NCBI GenBank assembly: GCA_964399425.1
Contig: CAYNQR010000002.1
Location: 26,558 to 90,557 of the forward strand
Direction: 5' to 3'
DNA: 64,000 bases
Source: an uncultured Dehalococcoidales bacterium
GTDB taxonomy: Bacteria; Chloroflexota; Dehalococcoidia; Dehalococcoidales; UBA5627
Position numbers and translations under genes: made by a program. This document shows, piece after piece, positions 24,770-32,938 of this stretch (position 1 is the first letter of the stretch; every line of letters begins with the position of its first letter). The notes below the pieces were generated by a model. It was given only the letters and a program-made list of their open reading frames with translations, was not told the DNA's origin and did not search any database.

Positions 24770-25558
24770 ATGATAAAAAAATTCTTAAAAACAATGGCAG
24801 GCGTAATCGCTATTGTTCTGATAATGCCGATGGTTTCATGCGCGGATAAGCAGGGAGAAGACATTACCCTGAATATATCAGCTTCAGCGGTTTTAACTGA
24901 CGCTCTGGCAGAAGTAAATGACCTTTATGTACTGAAGAACTCCGATATTAAAATTGTCAACAACTTCACCAGTGCGGGTACTATACAATCACAGATAGAA
25001 AACGGGGCTGATTGCGATGTTTTCTTTTCAGCTAATGTAAAGAATATGGATAATCTTCAGAATAAAGGATTGATACTATCTGACACAAGAAAAAATATAC
25101 TTTCCAACTTGCTGGTTTTAATCGTTCCTTCCTCGAATACAAAAAATATCAACAGTTTTATAGACCTTACCGGAAGCGCAATTAATCTTGTAGCGATCGG
25201 CGACCCTTCGGCGGTATCCGCCGGGATATATGCGCAAAAGTTATTCGAACTGCTGGATATTTCGCAACCTTTATCGAATAAACTGATACTAGCCAGCACT
25301 GTAAGAGAAGTATTGACCTATGTAGAAACAGGGAATGTCGATGCCGGCTTGGTATTTCTGTCGGATGCCTTGACATCTAATCGTGTGGTGGTTATAGATA
25401 CGGCTCCGAATGAAATAAACTCACAGATTGTAATGACTGCCGCCGTTGTCAGCGCATCAGAAAATGTTGAAGCGGCTAAAAATTACCTGGCATTTCTTTC
25501 CGGCGCCGAAGCGATGGAGATATTTGAAAAATACGGTTTCAGTCCGGCAGTTGAGTAA
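24770..25558 (+). CDS. modA: molybdate ABC transporter substrate-binding lipoprotein
   Basis: 262 aa. The signal peptide ends in VSC. ModA-like motifs are present (ISASAVLTDAL, DVFFSAN, IGDPSAVSAGIYA). Confidence 0.88.
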   Translation: MIKKFLKTMAGVIAIVLIMPMVSCADKQGEDITLNISASAVLTDALAEVNDLYVLKNSDIKIVNNFTSAGTIQSQIENGADCDVFFSANVKNMDNLQNKGLILSDTRKNILSNLLVLIVPSSNTKNINSFIDLTGSAINLVAIGDPSAVSAGIYAQKLFELLDISQPLSNKLILASTVREVLTYVETGNVDAGLVFLSDALTSNRVVVIDTAPNEINSQIVMTAAVVSASENVEAAKNYLAFLSGAEAMEIFEKYGFSPAVE

Positions 25559-25611
25559 TTGAGACAATAATAATAAAATAGCAGGAAAATAAATAACAAG
25601 CAACACTAATT

Positions 25612-26295
25612 ATGACGGATTATTTGGAACCCTTGCTGGTATCGTTAAAAACAGTTACGGTAACTACCGTGATTACCTTTTTCCTGGGTATCGCGGCGGC
25701 GCGCTGGATGGCGCGCTATAACGGAAAGTTCAAGAGCCTGATCGACGGATTGTTTATCCTGCCGATGGTATTGCCGCCGACGGTAGTCGGTTACGGTCTG
25801 CTGCTCCTGTTCGGTGTTAACGGCCCCGTCGGTAAAGTATTGTTGGCTCTGGGGGAAAAAATTGTTTTTTCATGGGAAGCTACCGTTATTGCCGCGACCG
25901 TAATGGCTTTTCCGATAATGTACATGACGGCTAAAGGCGCATTCGAGCAGGTGGAGCCCAATATCGAGGCGGCGGCGCGTACTCTGGGCGCCGGTGAATG
26001 GCGTGTCTTCTGGACGGTAACGCTTCCCATGGCAAAAGCGGGAGTGATTGCCGCCACCGTGCTGGCCTTCGCCCGCTCACTGGGCGAATTCGGCGCCACC
26101 CTGATGCTGGCAGGCAATATTGCCGGAAAGACCCAGACGATTCCCATAGCCATCTATTTTGCCATACAAGCGGGGGATATGGATAAGGCAATGGTTCTGT
26201 GCATCATCGTGCTTGCCATATCCTTTGTTTCCCTGGCGGCAATCGCTTACTGGAAGGGAATGGCGGCAAAAATGAAGCCGGTCAAAGTAAGTTGA
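25612..26295 (+). CDS. modB: molybdate ABC transporter permease
   Basis: 227 aa with the EAA loop (IEAAARTLGAGEWRVFWTVTLP). Confidence 0.9.
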   Translation: MTDYLEPLLVSLKTVTVTTVITFFLGIAAARWMARYNGKFKSLIDGLFILPMVLPPTVVGYGLLLLFGVNGPVGKVLLALGEKIVFSWEATVIAATVMAFPIMYMTAKGAFEQVEPNIEAAARTLGAGEWRVFWTVTLPMAKAGVIAATVLAFARSLGEFGATLMLAGNIAGKTQTIPIAIYFAIQAGDMDKAMVLCIIVLAISFVSLAAIAYWKGMAAKMKPVKVS

Positions 26296-26328
26296 AATAT
26301 AAAACCTTAGCACATATTAAGAGTTGAG

Positions 26329-27408
26329 ATGTTAAAGATAGAAGCCAAAAAATCATTACCCGGATTTAATCTGGATGTCAGTCTGAATGCTGACAGCGGG
26401 ATACTGGCAATACTGGGTCCCTCCGGTTCGGGAAAGACGATGACGCTGCAGAGCGTTGCCGGTTTGATGAAACCCGACGAAGGCTATGTCGAGGTTAACG
26501 GCAGAGTTTTATTCGATTCCGCAAGCAAGATTAACATGCCGGTACAGAAACGCAAGGTCGGTTTTGTTTTCCAGCATTATGCCCTGTTTCCTCATCTTAA
26601 TGTGTGGGAAAATATTGCCTACGGTCTGAAAGACAGTCCTAAGGAAGATGTGAAAGCCAAAATAAAGCAGTTGTTGAAAACCATGAATATCGACGGGTTG
26701 GAAGCCCGATATCCGCGCCAGCTTTCCGCCGGGCAGCAGCAGAGAACCGCCATCGCACGTGCCCTTGCGCCGGAACCGGATGTGCTGCTTCTCGACGAGC
26801 CTTTTTCGGCGCTCGACCCGTTGCTTAAAGAACGTTTGGAGCTGGAGCTGCTGGATTTGCAGAAGGTATTCGGCGGAAGTATTCTTTTTGTAACCCACGA
26901 CCTTAACGAAGGCTACAAACTGGGTTCGATGGTGGCTGTTTACCACAGCGGTTCCATCATTCAGCACGATACGAAAGAGAATGTCTTTGCTTATCCGGTT
27001 AACCGCAATGTGGCAAAAATGACAGGTATGCGAAATATAATCGAGGGGGTTATTACGGGGATAAACGGCGAAAATGTAACCGTAGCTATCCCCTCGTGGG
27101 GAGCAGGATTGAGAGTAGTTAGCGAGAGAGCAAGCAATTTTTATATTAATCAAGATATATTGCTTGGGATACGCCCTGAATATATTACAGTTAATCAAGA
27201 GCAGGGAGAAAATGTATTACCCGCCATGACTATTCATAAAATGGAAGGAATTGCCAGCACCAACTACCGGTTTCATGTCAATTCCGACTCATCGGAAAAA
27301 AGATACCTGGAGGCTGTCATCTCAAAATCGTGTGTCAATCCTTTGCCTGAAAATAATAATTGTTATCTTTACCTGCATCCCGAATTACTGGTTATTATGG
27401 CGGAATAA
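26329..27408 (+). CDS. modC: molybdate ABC transporter ATP-binding protein with C-terminal TOBE-like domain
   Basis: Walker A GPSGSGKT, the signature LSAGQQQR and Walker B LLLDEP are present. A ~120-aa C-terminal extension follows. Confidence 0.88.
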   Translation: MLKIEAKKSLPGFNLDVSLNADSGILAILGPSGSGKTMTLQSVAGLMKPDEGYVEVNGRVLFDSASKINMPVQKRKVGFVFQHYALFPHLNVWENIAYGLKDSPKEDVKAKIKQLLKTMNIDGLEARYPRQLSAGQQQRTAIARALAPEPDVLLLDEPFSALDPLLKERLELELLDLQKVFGGSILFVTHDLNEGYKLGSMVAVYHSGSIIQHDTKENVFAYPVNRNVAKMTGMRNIIEGVITGINGENVTVAIPSWGAGLRVVSERASNFYINQDILLGIRPEYITVNQEQGENVLPAMTIHKMEGIASTNYRFHVNSDSSEKRYLEAVISKSCVNPLPENNNCYLYLHPELLVIMAE

Positions 27409-27675
27409 ACCGTATAAAATCCCACCTATTCAATCTCAAATCGTATTCAATTACAAGTGTTTTTATTCATTTGACAGCCAGTACAGTCTAAAGATATTAT
27501 TTTAGCTAGAGTTTTATTTCCTTGTGGAAAAAATGATAGAGGCGGCGCTTGTCAAAAAGCTTTGTTACGGGCAACTGCTATCTCCCGTTCCGAGTTATAT
27601 TATCCTTTAATTTATCCGATATTTTGACTTTTATACACTAATTCTTAATCAGGCATTAAAAAGGAGGCGAAACAA

Positions 27676-28893
27676 TTGTTCAGCGGGGAAATTCTGTCGA
27701 ACCCGGATTTCCAGATGGGTCTTTTGTTGTTTGTGGCTCTGGCTGGTTATTTAATTGCATATAGAATTAATCAGTCTGCCGTTGTCGGAATCATACTGGC
27801 CGGTATCCTGGTCGGTCCGAGTTTACTAGGACTGGTTACATATACCGATTTCGTATCTTCCCTGGCGCACCTGGGAGCAGTGGTTCTTTTGTTCACTATC
27901 GGTCTTGAGTTCAATATAAAGGAAATTGCCAAGGTGCGTTATCTGGTTATCGGTTTATGCGGTGTTATCATACCGGTGCTGGGCGGTTTTTTTACAGCTG
28001 AGCTTTTCGGGTTCGATTTCAAGGCAGCGGTGTTTATCGGTGTGGCTCTGTCTGCCACAAGTATTGCCATCACGGCCAATGTTCTGCGGGAAATGGGAAA
28101 GCTGCAGACCGAAGCCGCCAAGGCAATTATAGCGATTGCAGTGGTGGATGACGTTCTGGCTCTCTTATTTTTATCGATGGCGGAAGGCATAGTGTCGGGT
28201 GATATATCGGCTGTCTCTATTCTTGTAACAGCTGTTATCGCTATTGCATTTATCGGCATCGGCATCTTGGTAGGCAAATTCGTTTTTGCCAGATTTATGG
28301 TAAGGCTCGATAACACCTCGCTGTGTAATAAATATCCGGAATCCATATTTATCTTCGCGATTATGACTGCCTTCCTGTACGGTCTGGTAGCAGAACTGGT
28401 AGGTTTGTCAGCTATAGTAGGTTCGTTTTTAGCAGGTGCTTCCTTTTCTGACGTTAAATTAAAACGAGGCGTTATTTTCAGGGAGGGAGCTGAGCATCTG
28501 CAGATTATATTTGCATCGATTTTCTTTGTTTCGCTGGGCGTAATAATGGATGTCCATTATATTACGCTCGATATAATCTGGTTCGTGCTGGCATTGACTG
28601 TAATTGCCATAATTACCAAGATTATCGGATGCGGTTTACCGGCCAAGCTCTACGGAATGAGCTGGAAGAATGCCTCGGTTGTAGGCGTGGGAATGGCACC
28701 ACGCGGAGAGGTGGGCATGATTATCGGTTTAATCGGGCTTAACCAGGGGCTTATCGACATGGGTGTCTATTCGGCCATTATCCTGATGTGTCTGATAACA
28801 ACTATTATTCCGCCCTTGATGTTAAGAAACTGGATATACAAAGATAAAAGCAAAAAGGAAGTATGCGAAATTCCTCCGGCTAAATTACACTGA
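27676..28893 (+). CDS. cation:proton antiporter (CPA2 / Kef-type membrane domain)
   Basis: 405 aa and polytopic, with Na_H_exchanger-like segments (LLFTIGLEFN, ATSIAITANVL, PRGEVG). Confidence 0.82.
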   Translation: MFSGEILSNPDFQMGLLLFVALAGYLIAYRINQSAVVGIILAGILVGPSLLGLVTYTDFVSSLAHLGAVVLLFTIGLEFNIKEIAKVRYLVIGLCGVIIPVLGGFFTAELFGFDFKAAVFIGVALSATSIAITANVLREMGKLQTEAAKAIIAIAVVDDVLALLFLSMAEGIVSGDISAVSILVTAVIAIAFIGIGILVGKFVFARFMVRLDNTSLCNKYPESIFIFAIMTAFLYGLVAELVGLSAIVGSFLAGASFSDVKLKRGVIFREGAEHLQIIFASIFFVSLGVIMDVHYITLDIIWFVLALTVIAIITKIIGCGLPAKLYGMSWKNASVVGVGMAPRGEVGMIIGLIGLNQGLIDMGVYSAIILMCLITTIIPPLMLRNWIYKDKSKKEVCEIPPAKLH

Positions 28894-28917
28894 TAAAATT
28901 CAAAGTCTTGAAAAACT

Positions 28918-28956
28918 AATCCCGCGTTGCACTAACCGGGCGCGGGATTGTTTTAT
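28918..28956. terminator. bidirectional hairpin terminator between convergent genes
   Basis: AATCCCGCG...CGCGGGATT has T-runs on both strands (gTTTTa on one, agTTTTTc on the other). Confidence 0.5.
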
Positions 28957-28982
28957 GCTTCCGGTTAAATATCTGAAGTCAT

Positions 28983-29852
28983 TTAAATATCGATACCGAA
29001 TACCTGCCGCATCAGGAATCCGATACCGAATGAAACGGCGGCAATCCCGATACTGAGTAGTGCCATCTCGGAAAACCGTTTCATAAACGGCAGGTCCTGG
29101 GCAACCGAAATATAGAAATTGAATATCAGCACTACGATAATCACATTGCATATCATAACAGCCAGAGCGATTAATACATTCGAAAGCAACAGGTACGGCA
29201 GAATCAGGACTGTCACGGTAAAAATATAGGCTATTCCGGTATAAAGCCCCGATTTAACCGGCGATCTGCCGGTTTTTTCCGCTTTGCTTGCCAGGTAGCT
29301 GGTACTGCCCATCGATAGGGAGGCGGCGATGCCGGTAATCAACCCTACCATAGCTACCAGTTTGGGGTCCTGCAATGCCAGTGTAAAACCTGCCAGCGAA
29401 CCGGAGAGTTCTACCAGGGCGTCGTTCAATCCCAGTATCATGGCGCCGACATATTCGAGGCGTTCCTCTTCTATCATCCCTATCAGTTCTTCTTCGTGCT
29501 TATCTTCTTCTTCGGCAATTATAATGGCTTCGGGTATGCTTTTCGCTATCTCGCGGTAATTGATTTGAGCCTGTCCTTCTCCCTTTTCCATCAGTTTGAT
29601 GCCGAAAGTTATGCCGAAAATCCGTGATACTATATAGTAAAACCATACTTTTAACATGGCTGGTTTTACTTCTTTGCCGGTATATTTCTCCCAAATCTTA
29701 TAGTGCCTGAGTTCATCATTTGAAATAGAGAGCAGAAGCTGACGGTTATGGGAATCTTTGGTTGCCTGCGCCAGTTTTTTGTAAATATTATGCTCGGTTA
29801 TTTCCGCTTTTTGGGATATAAGCACTCTTTTTAGAATATCTTCAGATAGCAT
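28983..29852 (-). CDS. VIT1/CCC1 family iron/manganese transporter with N-terminal ferritin-like domain
   Basis: The N-terminus is rubrerythrin/ferritin-like (AEITEHNIYKKLA...ELRHYKIWE). The VIT region follows (AMILGLNDALVELSGSLAG and TM helices). Confidence 0.85.
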   Translation of the reverse strand: MLSEDILKRVLISQKAEITEHNIYKKLAQATKDSHNRQLLLSISNDELRHYKIWEKYTGKEVKPAMLKVWFYYIVSRIFGITFGIKLMEKGEGQAQINYREIAKSIPEAIIIAEEEDKHEEELIGMIEEERLEYVGAMILGLNDALVELSGSLAGFTLALQDPKLVAMVGLITGIAASLSMGSTSYLASKAEKTGRSPVKSGLYTGIAYIFTVTVLILPYLLLSNVLIALAVMICNVIIVVLIFNFYISVAQDLPFMKRFSEMALLSIGIAAVSFGIGFLMRQVFGIDI

Positions 29853-30204
29853 GTTCAGCCTCCGATAGCAGATTAGTAATTATTCTAATCTTTCAGTATA
29901 TGTCGGGGCAAGTATGGCGTGGCAATACAACTCGAGCGTGATGTCAGGATGGATTAATTTACCCGGACTATTCACTACCGGCGAATAATAAACTGGAATG
30001 TCCTTTCGGGTATCCGGTTTAATTTTTATCGTTATGATACACTTGATGCGTCAAAACCCGAAAAAAAGTATACTTACACCGGATAGAATATATTTACAAA
30101 TCCTGCTATAGCGATATAATAACTGGTAAGGCTTATTGTTCTTTTACGTTAATGTCAAGCAATAATCGGGTCGAATTAATAAATAACAGGCAGGGCTTAG
30201 TGTT

Positions 30205-31281
30205 TTGAGAATAAAATTACATTACACCTGGATACCGGTTTCCATCCTGATTACATCGATTGCAACACTGCAGTTCGCCGAAGAATATTCGTTGTTTTTA
30301 AGGATACTGCTCGGTGTTGTTGTTTCACTGCTGTTTTTTATGCTGCTGGCTTTCCGGGAATATATATTTGCTACGTTTGCATACCGTAAAGAGCCATGGA
30401 TGAAAAAGATAACCCTTTTTGCTTTCGGCGGAGTATATCAGGAAAGTTCTGACAGGTATTATTCGACTCACCCCCCGCTGCTGTATTTCTCCAGGTATCT
30501 TTTTAATTTCCTGTTGGCGGCTATATTTTACGGACTCTATGCAACCTTAGTAGATGCAGCTATTTTTACACTGGCCGGAGTTGCCGAATGGCTTTCGTAT
30601 ATATTTTTCGTGTTTTTCCTGATTCATTTTCTTCCGGTTTATCCTCTCGACGGAGGGGAAATCCTGCGCTTAATAATCTGGAGAAAAACCCGTGATTATT
30701 ACCGGGCAACCCGCATAGCCAGCATGATGGGATGGGCTGCCGGTCTGCTCATGATATTTGCCGGGGTTATGTTGCTCATTATTACGCAGCAATGGGCTAT
30801 CGACCTGTTGATAGTGTTGCTCGGATTGACAATTCAAATCGCCGCCGGGTCTATCCGCCGGCAGATGAAAATACACGAGGTATTAAAAACTATTAAAGCG
30901 GAAGATGTCATGTCCCTGGATTTCCCTGTAGTAACTGAACAGGTCAGTATCAGACGGGTGATGCGGGAATCGATATTACTATCGGGAAGCCGTTTTGTAC
31001 TGATTGCCGATGGAGGCAGGCTGCAGGGGCTGCTGACCCTGAAACAAATTCAGTCTGCCCTCAGAAAAAGAAAGGCTGAAGCTCCTGTAAGCGAGTATAT
31101 GACGCCATACCGGCAAATAAGGATTGCCTACAGGCATCAAGCGGCAAATGAATTATATGAAGACATGTATCAGCGGAATATAGAATATATACCGGTACTG
31201 GAAGACACCAATATTATCGGCGTAGTAAGCATGTCCGCCCTGAAAAAACTGGCTAAAATCCGCGCCGGATTCGGAATATAG
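30205..31281 (+). CDS. site-2 protease (M50) homologue lacking HExxH, with tandem CBS domains
   Basis: An M50-like TM core is present with FLPVYPLDGGEILR (the LDG motif). Where HELGH is expected the sequence reads FREYIF. The C-terminus has two CBS-like repeats. Confidence 0.65.
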   Translation: MRIKLHYTWIPVSILITSIATLQFAEEYSLFLRILLGVVVSLLFFMLLAFREYIFATFAYRKEPWMKKITLFAFGGVYQESSDRYYSTHPPLLYFSRYLFNFLLAAIFYGLYATLVDAAIFTLAGVAEWLSYIFFVFFLIHFLPVYPLDGGEILRLIIWRKTRDYYRATRIASMMGWAAGLLMIFAGVMLLIITQQWAIDLLIVLLGLTIQIAAGSIRRQMKIHEVLKTIKAEDVMSLDFPVVTEQVSIRRVMRESILLSGSRFVLIADGGRLQGLLTLKQIQSALRKRKAEAPVSEYMTPYRQIRIAYRHQAANELYEDMYQRNIEYIPVLEDTNIIGVVSMSALKKLAKIRAGFGI

Positions 31282-31296
31282 TCCGTTTCCAGCGGT

Positions 31297-32736
31297 TTAT
31301 TCCGATAAAGCCTTAAGCGGAAGCGAGTCGATTAATTTAACCTCACGGTTTTCCGTGTAATAGATTCTCCATTGAACCCTGAACCAGTGGAAGGGGCTTT
31401 GTGCCTGTGAAAGGATGTTCAACCTGATATCGCGCGGATTGCCGGTTTGCCAGGATATTCCGCTTATGCTGGTTACCTGGGTGCCGGTTTCTATTTCGAC
31501 TTCGTAATGATTGCGCTCGATACCTTCCGGTAGCAGCCCCTGTTGATAGACGCTCCAAGATACCTGCACGGTACTTCTCGGGGCAGCTCTGGTCTTTATA
31601 TATATCCGTCCGTCTTCGGGATTATCCGGGTCTACCCATCCTATTTCCTTGATTCCGGTAAACAGGAAAAAAGAATTCTTTTGAGTTGTTTGGAAAGTGC
31701 TGCGCATCCCATCTATATGGTATTCTCCGACTATGTCCTCCCACTCCTGCCACTTGAACCAGGATTCGTTAAAGTGCGTCAGCGTGCCGCTTTCGGCAAG
31801 AATCCCGCCGACTATATCCTGCCAGTAATCCGTTCCCGGGAAAAGGTCGGACTTATGCTCGAAAGAACCGGCTCTGCCGAGCACAGAAAAACCCATATTC
31901 CCGCCGAAGATATATCTCAGTATCTGGTCTCCTATATTATCTGCCACTTCTTTAAGTATTTTGAAATCGCTGTGAGCATATTCTCCGTAATAAATTACAT
32001 CGGCGCCGTCGGCATACTGGCATGAAATCGGCACAATCTGGTCGTCCATATCCCTCGGCAGCAGGTCGATACCGTTAGTATCGAATTGACTGCTCAGCGG
32101 ATAGGATTCGGCGGAAACGAAAGCCAGCCAGTGTTTGTTGTCGGCTACCCATAGCCCGTCCGCGGAACTGTCGTAATTGGCCAGAGAATTGAGTATTCCC
32201 TGGTCGGGCAATAAAAGCTGGGCTCCTTCATAACCCAGGTTGGTGTCTCCTCCGAGAAAGTAATAACTCGATAGTTTCTTTATGGGGCTGTTTATAGTTA
32301 CGACCATAGCCACTTTTTCGGCTATATTGCCGATATTATGCGCCACAGCGTAGAGTGCTGCCTTGCCGCCCATGCTATGTCCGATGAGCACCAGGTTGCT
32401 TTTACCGGCGAAACGCTTGTTTATATCGTTGGCAATATTATTAGCCCATGTATCGATATCTACATTATTTATGTATGACCTGTTCAGCGTATCGGTAGCG
32501 ATGTGAATATCTGGGTTGTCCCTTTCATATCCTGCGATATATTCCGGCAGTTTATCAGTAATTACATCCTCGAGCAGTTGAAGGGAACTGGCATTGCTGT
32601 TGAAACCGTGCAGGAAAACAAAATTGACTTCCTTTACGTTATTTTCCGACGCTGCCTGAACCGGTACCGCAGGCGCCATCGCAGCTGCCATATTGAAAAA
32701 TAAAATGCTTGCCAGTATTATCGCCAGTCGTTTCAT
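31297..32736 (-). CDS. secreted alpha/beta hydrolase (lipase/esterase-like) with unknown C-terminal domain
   Basis: It has a signal peptide, an HG oxyanion region (FVFLHGFNS) and a GHSMGG nucleophile elbow. The C-terminal ~230 aa are unassigned. Confidence 0.7.
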   Translation of the reverse strand: MKRLAIILASILFFNMAAAMAPAVPVQAASENNVKEVNFVFLHGFNSNASSLQLLEDVITDKLPEYIAGYERDNPDIHIATDTLNRSYINNVDIDTWANNIANDINKRFAGKSNLVLIGHSMGGKAALYAVAHNIGNIAEKVAMVVTINSPIKKLSSYYFLGGDTNLGYEGAQLLLPDQGILNSLANYDSSADGLWVADNKHWLAFVSAESYPLSSQFDTNGIDLLPRDMDDQIVPISCQYADGADVIYYGEYAHSDFKILKEVADNIGDQILRYIFGGNMGFSVLGRAGSFEHKSDLFPGTDYWQDIVGGILAESGTLTHFNESWFKWQEWEDIVGEYHIDGMRSTFQTTQKNSFFLFTGIKEIGWVDPDNPEDGRIYIKTRAAPRSTVQVSWSVYQQGLLPEGIERNHYEVEIETGTQVTSISGISWQTGNPRDIRLNILSQAQSPFHWFRVQWRIYYTENREVKLIDSLPLKALSE

Positions 32737-32938
32737 AATTATCTTCAGAAAATTATAATGGATTTTTTCATGGCTATTTTAGACTTGTTTAAACCCATAA
32801 TATCACCGGCGTATTCGAAAATTCAAGTAATTACGATAATTTCAGCTCGATAGTCTTGAACAACAGGATGGCGAATGTGCTAAAATCATTAATAAATATC
32901 AGTTGTTGCATTTTTCGATAAATAGGCAAATACGGGAT

